A program made the position numbers and the translations under genes. The notes under the pieces are model-generated. The model had not been told where the DNA came from, did no database searches, and saw only the letters and a list, made by a program, of their open reading frames with translations. Shown here piece by piece: positions 1 to 9,822 of a DNA stretch of 30,338 bases (positions are counted from its first letter, which is position 1; each line of letters begins with the position of its first letter). This stretch comes from a virus (lineage: Duplodnaviria; Caudoviricetes): positions 1 to 30,338 of the IMG/VR virus record IMGVR_UViG_3300021356_000108. One strand, given 5' to 3'.

Positions 1-2739
1 TTCTACTCTTGAATTACCACTAGACGATTTAAAAGTACCGGAAGATCCTGTCACTAGTGATGTATCAATAGTTCCGCTAATAGTTCCTCTAGCAACAACA
101 TTTAAAAAGTTTGCATTACCACTAGAGTCAATTTCAAAACCAGAACTAGGATAGCCTGAAGTGTGTATGCTATTACTATCTATTGATATACCACCAATCG
201 ATCCACTATCAATATTTTCACCGTCTGTGTATGGTGTAAAATTAAGTTGACCTGTTGTTATCGTAGAAGCAGCTATTTGACTTGCGGTGATAGAGTTAGC
301 TGTAATTTTACCGCCGTCAATAGTCGTAGAGTTTGAGTTAACATCACTAGCTGCACCACCAACATTTAACTTACCTGATAAGTCAAGTCTTGCTGCGTCA
401 ATAGTACCTGCGGTTATGTCAGCGGCGTTTAAATTACCTCTAATAGTTGCATTTTGAAATTCAGCACTTCCATCCGAATTAATTTTCCAACCGGCTGATC
501 CTGTTGAGTAGTTAGAAGATCTAATACTTGAATCATTACCTGTGTCACCACTTACATTTAAAATTATTTCTTGACCGGATATTGTACCTGCTGTTATTTT
601 GTCTGCTGATAAATCGGCCACTTTAGCATTGGTAATAGCAGCATTAGCTATTAAAGCATTTGTCACGGCTAAGTTAGATATGTGAGATGTTTGTATTAAT
701 TCTGCACTACCGCTTTGTTCGTCACTAGGCTCACTTTCATTACCTGAAGTATCAACAGCTGTGACTCTAAAGTAATGAGTATCTGCATTGTCTAAATCTA
801 TATAACCAACAGCGGCTATACCATTTCTTATATGAGCTGAAGTAGCCACTAATTCACCTATCTTAAAACTAGAGTTTGTGACTTTTTTAGTAGTTGAGTT
901 GTAATTTAAGTTAAAACCTGAAGTTGTAGATGCATATATGTTTAAGTGATCAATATCTTTTGCTAGTGTGAAATTTACTACGGGACTTACCGCATTACCG
1001 CTGTTATCTTTTGCTTGTCCTAAATTATGTATAAATTGTACTCTTAAAGGATTAGAAGCTATTGTCGCAAATCCGTCTGGTTTATTAGGTGCGCCTGCGT
1101 CAGCCGGTGTTTGTACAGAAGTTATAGTTGCAAAAGAACTATCAAATCCTGTAAGGTCAACGGCTTGAACACCTGCCTCGTAAAATGTATTAGGTGATAA
1201 ATCGTAAATAATAAATTCAGTAGTAGAAAAATCAACTGTTGAATATATATATTCCGTGACTTGAGTGTCGTTTTCGTCAAGAATATTATTACCGTCAGTA
1301 TCTTGAATTACTCGCCATCTAACTCTATAAAATGATCCGTCGGTAATTGTTGACCCGTCACTATTTGTAGGTTGTGTCCAATTTAATTTTAAAAATGCTT
1401 TTGATACACCATTACCATCCGAATAAGTACCTGCTACTTCTGTAAGACCTGAAGGTTGATTTGGTACTGACTTGTCCGGCGAGCCAACAGCATCTAAAGT
1501 GTAGCCACTCATACTTAAGCTTTCACCCATAGTAGGTGCGACATCTCCAACTTCTAGTTGTACATCTCCGTCCTCAAAAATACAATAGTCAGTAAGTTCT
1601 GTATAGTTTCCGTCTTTATCTCTATAAAAAACTCCATAGCCCTGTTTAACAGGCCAAGTAATACCTAATATACGAATCTTTGTAGGATTAATAACTTGTC
1701 CCTGATATACGGTTTCAAATAAAGCAGATCTTCCGTCCGCTACTCTATCAACTTCGTTATCAATAAAACCTATGTCCGGATCAAAAATAAATATTTTGTC
1801 GCCAACGACAAAATCGCCCGATATGTCATATTCCTCTAAAGATACATTTAAAGTTTTCTTTAATGTATTTAGTTCATTTAGATATGAAGTAGCCCTATCG
1901 GTTTTACTACTACCCTGTGTTTGAGGGTCGCTTATGTATTGAACTCTTGATAAAGCACCACCAAATAAATCTTTATACGGATTACTACTTACACTAGCAC
2001 TACCAATATTTGCTTCTGCACCATACTTACTAGCTACTAGTTCTACGGTATCAACAAATTCGCTTGCGTCATATTGAGCGACTAAAGAAGTTGTTGCAAT
2101 ACCAGATATATTAGGATCTTCACCACTAGCACCTCTAAATATTATTGCAGTTGGGTCAGCATTATGACCACTAAATAGTGAGCTTGTAGGTCCGGCATCT
2201 AAAAAACCTTTTTGATTAACTTTAAATTCTACACCCAAATCTTGACATACATACTTTATAGCTTTTAGTGCGGACTCGGTATAGTGCTTACCTGTGTATG
2301 TACCACTTGGCTCAGTAATTGTTCCTTTTCTAATAGGACCTTGATTACCACTTTCATCTCTAAGAAGTCCTTTTGGTGAGCCGGTATGATCTAAAACATT
2401 TTCTAAAGTTGAAGCGTTATAAGACCTAACGCCACTAGGACCACCGGTTTGTGCAATAGGCATACCTGTTGTATCGCTAGTACCTAAATAAGCTATAAGA
2501 CCCTGTCCATTTATTGATACAATTTCGTCGTCACCAAGTTCTAAAGAATATACTATACCTGTATATTTAGAGGCATCTAATAAAGTGGCGTCGCTAAATT
2601 CGTTGACATTAAGATCTCCGGGAACAATGACTATATGACCCCAAGCATCTATTTTATTTATAACTGTATTTGGTGTTGTATTTTTGTTTAATTGTAAGTT
2701 AAATGACCCTGCGGCCATTAACTTTTCGGTCACGCTCAT
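1..2739 (-). CDS. Large tail-tip / central fibre protein with fibronectin type III-like domains (3' end truncated at window edge, >913 aa)
   Basis: Absent from the ORF track because it has no stop in the window. ATG at 2739 overlaps the upstream TGA (ATGA). It reads MSVTEKLMAAGSFNLQL... and the segments I translated stay open, including the last codons to base 1. FN3-like segments: PNQPSGL..LKLNWTQP..YRVRWR..DLSPNTFYEAGVQAVD and HYFRVTAVDTSGNESEPS. Fibre-type repeat AITNAKVADLSADKITAGTI. Confidence 0.8.
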   Translation of the reverse strand, partial: MSVTEKLMAAGSFNLQLNKNTTPNTVINKIDAWGHIVIVPGDLNVNEFSDATLLDASKYTGIVYSLELGDDEIVSINGQGLIAYLGTSDTTGMPIAQTGGPSGVRSYNASTLENVLDHTGSPKGLLRDESGNQGPIRKGTITEPSGTYTGKHYTESALKAIKYVCQDLGVEFKVNQKGFLDAGPTSSLFSGHNADPTAIIFRGASGEDPNISGIATTSLVAQYDASEFVDTVELVASKYGAEANIGSASVSSNPYKDLFGGALSRVQYISDPQTQGSSKTDRATSYLNELNTLKKTLNVSLEEYDISGDFVVGDKIFIFDPDIGFIDNEVDRVADGRSALFETVYQGQVINPTKIRILGITWPVKQGYGVFYRDKDGNYTELTDYCIFEDGDVQLEVGDVAPTMGESLSMSGYTLDAVGSPDKSVPNQPSGLTEVAGTYSDGNGVSKAFLKLNWTQPTNSDGSTITDGSFYRVRWRVIQDTDGNNILDENDTQVTEYIYSTVDFSTTEFIIYDLSPNTFYEAGVQAVDLTGFDSSFATITSVQTPADAGAPNKPDGFATIASNPLRVQFIHNLGQAKDNSGNAVSPVVNFTLAKDIDHLNIYASTTSGFNLNYNSTTKKVTNSSFKIGELVATSAHIRNGIAAVGYIDLDNADTHYFRVTAVDTSGNESEPSDEQSGSAELIQTSHISNLAVTNALIANAAITNAKVADLSADKITAGTISGQEIILNVSGDTGNDSSIRSSNYSTGSAGWKINSDGSAEFQNATIRGNLNAADITAGTIDAARLDLSGKLNVGGAASDVNSNSTTIDGGKITANSITASQIAASTITTGQLNFTPYTDGENIDSGSIGGISIDSNSIHTSGYPSSGFEIDSSGNANFLNVVARGTISGTIDTSLVTGSSGTFKSSSGNSRVE

Positions 2740-3971
2740 GTCTTTACTAACCTCACAACTTCATATACATTGTCAAGATATTGGTCTCTAATCTTGTCTG
2801 CTGTATCGATAGATGTGGCGTTAGTTCCCCCAAACTCATAACCTATAAATGCTTTTAAAGTAGCTGTGCTTGAGGTGGAATTAATACCACCATTTGTAGT
2901 ATCGACATCAAAATTTTGTGGTGAGCCTAAAACAATTCTATTACCTTCGCTGTCATTATTTGTTTCGGTGGCATAGCTAGTATTGTCTGTATAGCCAATA
3001 GTACTAGTAGGTTTAATATTAAATTGTGCTGACGACCATTGAGTTGCGACAATGCTAAAGTGTCTTGCACCTCTCTTAAGTGTCACATCTAAGGTAAGTC
3101 TTTGATCTTTATTAGTTGCGTCATAATAACTTGTTAATCTTACTGTTGCGCACTCCGGCTCATTTTTCAATATTTGTACTGACCTCCACCCCTGCCATTC
3201 TGTTTCGCTAACTCCTCTTGATATAGCAAATGTTTCGTTTGATTTATAACCGTCTGTGTCATAACAAAATATATTAAATCTTGATTGGGTAGTAGTATTG
3301 TCAAATGTCATTTTGACTAATCCATTTTGTAATATTGTCGAGGCTGCTGAATGATTGGGTGATTCTAAACCGCACCTTAATCTACTTACATCGTCAACCC
3401 CATCGGTAAATACTTCACAAGCATTTTTGTAAAAATCGGCAGGATCAACTAAATATTTTGCATTATAAGACCTAATGTCACTTGCATATCTAACTATGGT
3501 TGTTCCGTTTGCACCGACTCTTTCAAAATTGCTTGGGGTATTACTATGGCTATGAGCATAAGAATCTACAGGTCCCGCGTAAAATTGAGTTGTGCTTGAA
3601 GTTATAGAGTGGTCGTTTTCTATAATTCCACCACTAAATTGACTTTCAAATTCTAGTTCACCCATATTACCTAACCAAAGCATATCTATTGAATACTCGT
3701 AGCCACCAACGGTCACTCTACTTGTTTCTACACCCGCACCGTTGACTTTGACATATCCAGACATAGAGCTGTCACCTTCCCAAGTAAATGGAACTGTATA
3801 GTAGCCATTTGCACAAGCAAGCAATTCATCTCTTAAATATTTAATTTCATCAACAGTATTTGGTACAAATGTACCGTTTATAGACAAAGTGTGATCAGAT
3901 CCTGATCTGTTGTCACTTAAAGTAGCAGGTGAGGTGAAAGTTAACCTACCTATTGTTATTGTATTAGCCAT
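2736..3971 (-). CDS. Minor tail protein (distal-tail/baseplate position), 411 aa
   Basis: Beta-rich S/T-rich ORF between tape measure and tail-tip gene, translationally coupled to the next gene; function from synteny only. Confidence 0.6.
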   Translation of the reverse strand: MANTITIGRLTFTSPATLSDNRSGSDHTLSINGTFVPNTVDEIKYLRDELLACANGYYTVPFTWEGDSSMSGYVKVNGAGVETSRVTVGGYEYSIDMLWLGNMGELEFESQFSGGIIENDHSITSSTTQFYAGPVDSYAHSHSNTPSNFERVGANGTTIVRYASDIRSYNAKYLVDPADFYKNACEVFTDGVDDVSRLRCGLESPNHSAASTILQNGLVKMTFDNTTTQSRFNIFCYDTDGYKSNETFAISRGVSETEWQGWRSVQILKNEPECATVRLTSYYDATNKDQRLTLDVTLKRGARHFSIVATQWSSAQFNIKPTSTIGYTDNTSYATETNNDSEGNRIVLGSPQNFDVDTTNGGINSTSSTATLKAFIGYEFGGTNATSIDTADKIRDQYLDNVYEVVRLVKT

Positions 3972-4083
3972 TTCTTAACCTACACTTTGGACACTTTACA
4001 TGATCTGCCATTTGATAAAAGTAATCACTACAACCTTCACTTAAACAGTAAACCATTTTATCTACATCTTTATTATCAATCAT
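3964..4083 (-). CDS. 39-aa putative zinc-binding micro-protein
   Basis: MIDNKDVDKMVYCLSEGCSDYFYQMADHVKCPKCRLRNG*; Cx4C...CxxC; ATGA overlap with the upstream micro-ORF and 8-nt overlap with the downstream gene. Confidence 0.65.
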   Translation of the reverse strand: MIDNKDVDKMVYCLSEGCSDYFYQMADHVKCPKCRLRNG

Positions 4084-4193
4084 ATTTTGCACGCATCTCC
4101 ACAATCGTCGTCAAATTCTTTTGAAGTATCTACAAATACAGGATTGTCTGTAAACATATCTTCAGGTAATACAAAATCGTTATTAGTGTCCAT
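4080..4193 (-). CDS. 37-aa acidic micro-protein ending DDDCGDACKI
   Basis: MDTNNDFVLPEDMFTDNPVFVDTSKEFDDDCGDACKI*; GGAGG upstream; overlaps both neighbours and exactly fills the gap. Confidence 0.7.
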   Translation of the reverse strand: MDTNNDFVLPEDMFTDNPVFVDTSKEFDDDCGDACKI

Positions 4194-4665
4194 GTAGGTT
4201 TGCCTCCAAGTAAGCTATTCGTGTATCTAAACTGTCTAAGTTCCAAAGGTCTTGTTGTACTTGTTGTAAGATAGTATCTATTCTTATAATTTGAGCTTGC
4301 GCCTCACTCCACTCCCACTCTTCTAATAACTTCTTATTAGAGAAGTCCATACCACTTTCTCTTAAATCTTCTTTAAGTGTATTTATTTCTGTACTCATAG
4401 TTGCTAATGTTTGGTCGAGTTCTTGATAACGCATAGATTGTTCTTCTAATGACTGTATCTTTTCATAAAGAACTGCAATATCATTTGAAACCATTGTGTC
4501 TTGTTTAAGTTGATCAAACTCCATCTCTATACCATTCATTCTTTCATCAATGTTTGATAATGTACTAACTATATCTCCTGCTGTTCTAAGACCTGCACCA
4601 ACTGATCCCAAGAGTGCTATAACTGTGACAGCTAAACCTAGATTCTCTTTTACCTTATTGATCAT
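4183..4665 (-). CDS. Membrane-anchored coiled-coil protein, 160 aa
   Basis: N-terminal hydrophobic segment LGLAVTVIALLGSVGAGL followed by a heptad-rich E/Q/L helix; TAATG coupling to tape measure. Confidence 0.7.
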   Translation of the reverse strand: MINKVKENLGLAVTVIALLGSVGAGLRTAGDIVSTLSNIDERMNGIEMEFDQLKQDTMVSNDIAVLYEKIQSLEEQSMRYQELDQTLATMSTEINTLKEDLRESGMDFSNKKLLEEWEWSEAQAQIIRIDTILQQVQQDLWNLDSLDTRIAYLEANLHGH

Positions 4666-7600
4666 TATCTACCTCTAATACCTGTACCTACTAGTCCTTC
4701 TTTGTCTAGCTTGACTAGTGCTTTTCTAATTTCTATTGCTGCTTTTCTTGCTTGCATAGGGTCGCTTGGTACACCGGTCACATTTACATTTAAGTTTTGT
4801 ACAACTAGACTACTACCTCTTGTTTCGCCTAATGGTGTTATGTCAACACCACCGCCCGGTATAGCTCTAATTAATTCTGGTCCATACTCCCCGACAAGTC
4901 CCATACCTCTAGCCATAAATCCGCCTTTGTAATAACCTTTGATTCTTCCACCGGCTGCATAGTTTGGTCCCATATTAAATCCGGGTGCTTCACCAAATAG
5001 ACTTGCATTAAATTCAATACCTCTTTTAGCTTTTGATTGTAAATTATCTATTCCTGCGTTAGCCATATTAATAACAGCCATAACATTGCTACCGTCAGCG
5101 TTTATTGTGATAGTTTCCTGTTCAATAGCTAAGTTTGTGTCAAAGAATTTTTGTGCAATCTTATCGACCTCTCCACCAAACTTCATACCTAATGTTTGTG
5201 CTAACTCGTCAGTTTTATTTGTTATGTTATTTATGATCTCCTCGTCAACACCTAGAGCTGATCCAAGCTCTTTAAATATTGTTATAGCCTCCGGTCCTGC
5301 TTGTAGCAACTGAAAGGCTTGCATACCCATATTGAATTGATTTTCTGCTGCTCTAATGTTTGCGTCTTGTATCTGTTCGTCAAGAGTTTGTAATCTATCG
5401 GCTCTAGCGTTTTCAGCTTTAGATAATTGTTCTTCAGCTAATTGATATTCCGCTAAAGATATAGTCCCCTCTTCATAAGCAAGTTTTAAGAAATCTCTTT
5501 TTGCTGTAGCCTCTTCAATATCTTTTGTCATTGCGGCAGTATTACCTTTTAATAACTTACCTCTCTCTTCAAGAAGATCGTTTAATTTTTGTTCTTCTCT
5601 TAACGCACTTCTTTGTGCGCCGAACATACTAAATTGACTACCAAAGGCTGAACTCATAGCGCCCATTGCTTCACTTACAGATTGTTTCATAACATCTAGT
5701 AAGTCGATCATCTTACCTTTAAAAGACATTTCAAGTTCTGGATATGAACTCTCAATACCCTCTGCAAAACCAAGCATCAAGAACTCACCCATTTCTTTTG
5801 TAATTCTTGATGGTGATCCAAAACCACCGGCTTCGTATGCAGCGTCAAGAATACCCTGCATTACTTTTTTGACAGCCTCATAAGATTCAGGTGCTTCGTC
5901 ATTAAGACCGTTGATAAACCCTCTTACATAATCTTGTCCCATTTCGTAAGTTTTATCTTGTGCTTCTTGACTTAGATCTCCTGTTTTTTCAAACAATGCG
6001 TCTTTAAGTTCATTTGACTCACTAAGACCTAATGACTCAAGCATCATTTCTCTAGCATTTAATTGATCGGTGTTAGCAATAAGATTTGCTAATACTCCTG
6101 CAAACTCTGGTCCTAATTGTGAAAATTCTAAAGCTACATCGTCAAACCCACGATCTTTTAAGAATTGTATTTGTTTTTCAAAGACTTCTCTTAATTGTAT
6201 TTTTTCCGCCAAAGCTCTATTTACATCTTCGGCTGAAGTAGTTGCTAAGTCACCTAATTGGTCAAGAGCGCTAAATAGTTGTTCACCACCACTTTTAACA
6301 TTTGCTGCAATTCTTTGGAATATATCTTCGGTTTCTTCTATTTGTTCAGTAGTACCGTCAAGTGCATTAGCTCTTTCTTTTTCGGCTTCAATAGCAGCCA
6401 TAGTTTGTTCAAGCATAACTCTTTGAAAATCGTGTTCTATTTCATAAATACCTAAACGACGCATAGCTTCTGCTTCAAGAGCTTTGGTTTTTCTTTCCTC
6501 TAAGTACTCCATACCCGGAAGTAATCTTTTAGCTAATTGTTCTTGAGCTAATAAAAATTCTAGATCTGCATCAATTATGTCACTTTGATTTCTCATATAT
6601 ATTTCAAAGTTTCCATTAACAATAGCGTTGTATAGTGGGTGTGCTTCTTCAGGTGATAAAATTACATCTGCTTGTGACCTAACAATTTCTATAATTTTTT
6701 GTATTGCTTCGTCGCCACTTATAACACCATCCGCAATTTCTCCTAATTCTCTTTGATATTGACCTGCCATCGCATGTGGATCAATATTGTTAAATACTTT
6801 TTTCATTAACTGTGCTTGTTCAATAGTTTCTTCTAAATCACCAATGAATTGTTTTCTTTCAAAACTATTTCCCATTAATCCTTCGACAATAGTATCTTCA
6901 AGCCTTAGTTGTTGTCCAAAATCCATACCCTCAATAACTTTTTGAAAGTCTTGATTTGCTTTTATTACAGCTCTCAATGTAGATTCTGTGACCTCACCAT
7001 TTTCGCCAAAGTACTCAAGTTGTCTGTTAAGTTGTTCTTGCGCACCGGCTGCTGCTGCTGTTTTAGTTCCTAATACACCCATAAGAACACCGATAGCAGT
7101 AAGAGTTGCTCTTATAGGACCACCAACAAAGAATAATAATGCTTTCTGTAATCTTGTTATTTGTGTGATTGCAAAACCTATAACGGTAGCAAAGCTAACC
7201 ATAGCCATTTCAAGAGTTTGTAGAGCTTGCTCGGAAGCAGTAAGACCTAAAATAAATTTTTGTATAAAGTTGTTTACATCTTGAACTTGAGGTAATAATT
7301 GCTCACCAATTTGGTTTTGTAATTCCATAAAAGCATTTTTAGTGACCTGTACCTGTGACTCTAAAGTTTTATATCTTTTTATAGACTCTTCGGTTAATGC
7401 AATGTTCTCTTCAAAGGCTTTGTTGGCCGTTTCTCTTGTGTCATTTAATAAACCTTCTGCCTCTGCTAAACCTAAAATAGCAAGCATTGTTCTTCTTTGT
7501 GCTAGACCTAACTTGTCTAGCATACTAATTACATCTTGTCCTGACTCGTTTAACTTACCAAGTCCTTCTATGAAAGCTTGAGCACCAAGAGCAGGATCAT

Positions 7601-8417
7601 CTTGGAAAAATTGTTTAAATGATTCTTCGGTAGTTCTACCGGACGCTTCGGCTATTTTCCCAAATAATTCTAAATTTTCTCCACCCTGAATTACAGCCTG
7701 ATTAATAGATTGGAATACACGAGCTACCGCAGTACCACCTGCTTGTGCAGGTACACCAATAGCCTGTAAGGCCGTAGCAAAAGCTAAAGCATCTTGTGTT
7801 GTAGCGCCTACTTGTGCAGCAGCCTGTTGAATACGCAAAACTGTAGTCATTATTTCGCTTTCAGTTGCAGCGAAGTTGTTTCCAAGTTCAACTATTGTTG
7901 CGCCTATATTTGCAAAAGTTTCTTGATTAGTTCCCGCAATAGCGTCAAGCCTAGCAAGACCTAATGCAGCACCATCTACAGTTAAGTTTGTAGATATGGC
8001 TAGATCAGCAATAGTTCTAATAAAGGATGGTAAGTTTTCAGCAAGAATACCTAACTGACCACCAAGCTCACCAATTCTTGATAACTCGGTAGTATCAATA
8101 GGTGCTACCGTACTCATCCTTAAAATAGATTGTGCTAATTCCTCAAATTGTTCTTCGGTAGCGTCAACTGTTTTTCTAATACCCGCAAAAGCAGATTCAA
8201 AAACCATTGCTGCTTGAACAGCTTTAAATAATTCAAATGTAATACCGGCTAAACCAATCATTGACGCAGAAGCCATTGCGTTAATTCTTTGCATTGATAA
8301 TAAGGCGGGTTTAGCGGCGTCCTCTGCTGCGTCGGTTGCAGTCTTTATGGTTTTTTGAACACCACCGTTTTCAGCAAAAACATTTACGGTAATATTCGCG
8401 GCGTTAGCTCTACTCAT
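4665..8417 (-). CDS. Tail tape measure protein (TP901-type core), 1250 aa
   Basis: FESAFAGIRKTVD..., ELGNNFAATESEI, AQAGGTAVAR core; GSPSR motif; C-terminal YAAGG..GLVGEYGPEL; lies directly after tail chaperones. Confidence 0.95.
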   Translation of the reverse strand: MSRANAANITVNVFAENGGVQKTIKTATDAAEDAAKPALLSMQRINAMASASMIGLAGITFELFKAVQAAMVFESAFAGIRKTVDATEEQFEELAQSILRMSTVAPIDTTELSRIGELGGQLGILAENLPSFIRTIADLAISTNLTVDGAALGLARLDAIAGTNQETFANIGATIVELGNNFAATESEIMTTVLRIQQAAAQVGATTQDALAFATALQAIGVPAQAGGTAVARVFQSINQAVIQGGENLELFGKIAEASGRTTEESFKQFFQDDPALGAQAFIEGLGKLNESGQDVISMLDKLGLAQRRTMLAILGLAEAEGLLNDTRETANKAFEENIALTEESIKRYKTLESQVQVTKNAFMELQNQIGEQLLPQVQDVNNFIQKFILGLTASEQALQTLEMAMVSFATVIGFAITQITRLQKALLFFVGGPIRATLTAIGVLMGVLGTKTAAAAGAQEQLNRQLEYFGENGEVTESTLRAVIKANQDFQKVIEGMDFGQQLRLEDTIVEGLMGNSFERKQFIGDLEETIEQAQLMKKVFNNIDPHAMAGQYQRELGEIADGVISGDEAIQKIIEIVRSQADVILSPEEAHPLYNAIVNGNFEIYMRNQSDIIDADLEFLLAQEQLAKRLLPGMEYLEERKTKALEAEAMRRLGIYEIEHDFQRVMLEQTMAAIEAEKERANALDGTTEQIEETEDIFQRIAANVKSGGEQLFSALDQLGDLATTSAEDVNRALAEKIQLREVFEKQIQFLKDRGFDDVALEFSQLGPEFAGVLANLIANTDQLNAREMMLESLGLSESNELKDALFEKTGDLSQEAQDKTYEMGQDYVRGFINGLNDEAPESYEAVKKVMQGILDAAYEAGGFGSPSRITKEMGEFLMLGFAEGIESSYPELEMSFKGKMIDLLDVMKQSVSEAMGAMSSAFGSQFSMFGAQRSALREEQKLNDLLEERGKLLKGNTAAMTKDIEEATAKRDFLKLAYEEGTISLAEYQLAEEQLSKAENARADRLQTLDEQIQDANIRAAENQFNMGMQAFQLLQAGPEAITIFKELGSALGVDEEIINNITNKTDELAQTLGMKFGGEVDKIAQKFFDTNLAIEQETITINADGSNVMAVINMANAGIDNLQSKAKRGIEFNASLFGEAPGFNMGPNYAAGGRIKGYYKGGFMARGMGLVGEYGPELIRAIPGGGVDITPLGETRGSSLVVQNLNVNVTGVPSDPMQARKAAIEIRKALVKLDKEGLVGTGIRGR

Positions 8418-8748
8418 CTTTCGCTATCCTGTCTTTTTGATCTTGGATCATACTGTCTATTGAAGTAGCCACTCTATCTTTGTTGGATCTACCTCTGCGT
8501 TTATCAAGCTCTTCTTTCCACCAACCTTCTGGTGGCTCATCAGGATTGCTTGGATCTCCACCTTCCTGTATAGCCAAGTATTGAGGTGCAAAGAATAGTG
8601 ATTGTTCTAATGGCATTGTACCAAGTAATCTATAAAATTTACGCCATTCCAAATCCAACGGATCAGCTAGATTATATATTTTGTTGAAGTCACTTTCTAC
8701 ATCAGCCCATCTGTCAACTATGTCAATGGGCTTGAAAGTTATTTTGGG
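8410..8748 (-). CDS. Tail assembly chaperone T segment (expressed as a G-T fusion via -1 frameshift)
   Basis: The -1 frame is open from the slippery site: ..PKITFKPIDIVDRWADVESDFNKIYNLADPLDLEWRKFYRLL.., continuous with the 82-aa ORF 8410..8658. Confidence 0.85.
   Translation of the reverse strand, partial: PKITFKPIDIVDRWADVESDFNKIYNLADPLDLEWRKFYRLLGTMPLEQSLFFAPQYLAIQEGGDPSNPDEPPEGWWKEELDKRRGRSNKDRVATSIDSMIQDQKDRIAKDE
8704..8748 (-). promoter_or_regulatory. -1 programmed ribosomal frameshift signal (C CCA AAA plus downstream hairpin)
   Basis: CCCAAAA at 8748-8742 directly before TAA; hairpin AGCCCAT-N15-ATGGGCT starts 9 nt downstream. Confidence 0.85.
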
Positions 8749-9086
8749 CTATCACCCGATTCTTCGGTTTCTTTAGGGGCAGTAAGATCTCCACCCAAAC
8801 CGTATTGTTCTAAAAGAAAAGATGATATTTCTTGTAGGGTTTCAAAATCAACTTTGGAACTAATTTTGTCTAAGTTTTCTTGACCGAAAACTGATTTAAA
8901 CCAAAGTGGCAAATTTGACGCCGAAAGCGAGCCATCCTCTTCTAGCCAAGTCATTTGATTTAAAACAACTTGTGCTGTTAAGAACGGGGGAAATTCTATT
9001 TCTTCCCCACCGACTTTCACAATAATTGGATCGTCGTTTCTCGCTTCCTTAGCGGCATCAAAATCTTTATAACGCTTTGTACTCAT
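8739..9086 (-). CDS. Tail assembly chaperone G, 115 aa
   Basis: Between major tail and tape measure; GGGAGG RBS; ends ..GDSPK* on the slippery heptamer. Confidence 0.85.
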   Translation of the reverse strand: MSTKRYKDFDAAKEARNDDPIIVKVGGEEIEFPPFLTAQVVLNQMTWLEEDGSLSASNLPLWFKSVFGQENLDKISSKVDFETLQEISSFLLEQYGLGGDLTAPKETEESGDSPK

Positions 9087-9113
9087 ATTCCTCCCATCCG
9101 TTAAGCATTACTA

Positions 9114-9770
9114 TTAGTTAACACTTCCTTCTGTTGAAGCGTTAGTGTTATCAACTATTCTAAATAGATTCTCTTTTCCATTAGTTGTACCAACTGATGT
9201 TGAAGATGAATCTGGAACTAGAATTTTAAATTCAACGGCAACAAGCACCTTTTGAGGAGCTTTTTGATGAGCCATTGAGAAAGCACCGACATTAACTGCT
9301 CTAGGTATATGAAAATGTCTAATCGCACCGCCCGGACCTTCTGTCACTAAAACTAGTGATTTTTCAGTAAAGTCGTCAGTTGATGGTGGGACTAATGTAT
9401 CAAATCCTGAAGCAAAGTTAGTTGTGTCGTCTTCGGTGATTGTTCCACCACCGAAAGCTTCTTTAAGACTAGCCAAACTTGCTTGTGCAAGTGTACCGGT
9501 AAGTCTTATTTCTTGTGCAGTTTTAACTGATTTAATTGGATCAATTTCTTCCGCGACCATAATGTCCTCGAAAGTCTTATCATATTCCAATGTCCATCCA
9601 TCCTCCGAATAGCCAACATCAGTCCAACCTGTTGCTAGGTCAGCCCATGCTGTTGCTGTTCCTGAGTCTTGTGCAGGAAAGGCTAAGCCTTTTGCACCGA
9701 CATAGAGGACACCTGTTCCAATTAGAACATCCGATATTGTACCTGAAGTATTATAACTTGTAGTAGCCAT
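9114..9770 (-). CDS. Major tail tube protein, 218 aa
   Basis: VLIGTGVLYV..WTDVGYSEDGWTLEY..pattern typical of actinophage tail tube proteins; AGGAG RBS; synteny. Confidence 0.88.
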   Translation of the reverse strand: MATTSYNTSGTISDVLIGTGVLYVGAKGLAFPAQDSGTATAWADLATGWTDVGYSEDGWTLEYDKTFEDIMVAEEIDPIKSVKTAQEIRLTGTLAQASLASLKEAFGGGTITEDDTTNFASGFDTLVPPSTDDFTEKSLVLVTEGPGGAIRHFHIPRAVNVGAFSMAHQKAPQKVLVAVEFKILVPDSSSTSVGTTNGKENLFRIVDNTNASTEGSVN

Positions 9771-9803
9771 ACAGATTTCTCCTAACTTATACTTTTACTT
9801 TTA

Positions 9804-9821
9804 ATATGTTTGCAAACATAT
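9804..9821. repeat. Perfect 18-bp palindrome upstream of the major tail gene
   Basis: ATATGTTTGCAAACATAT is self-complementary and intergenic. Confidence 0.6.
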
Positions 9822-9822
9822 C

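Noticed and set aside
8410-8658. 82-aa ORF as an independent gene
   Set aside because: TTG start without SD; the frame is open back to the slippery site, so a G-T fusion explains it better
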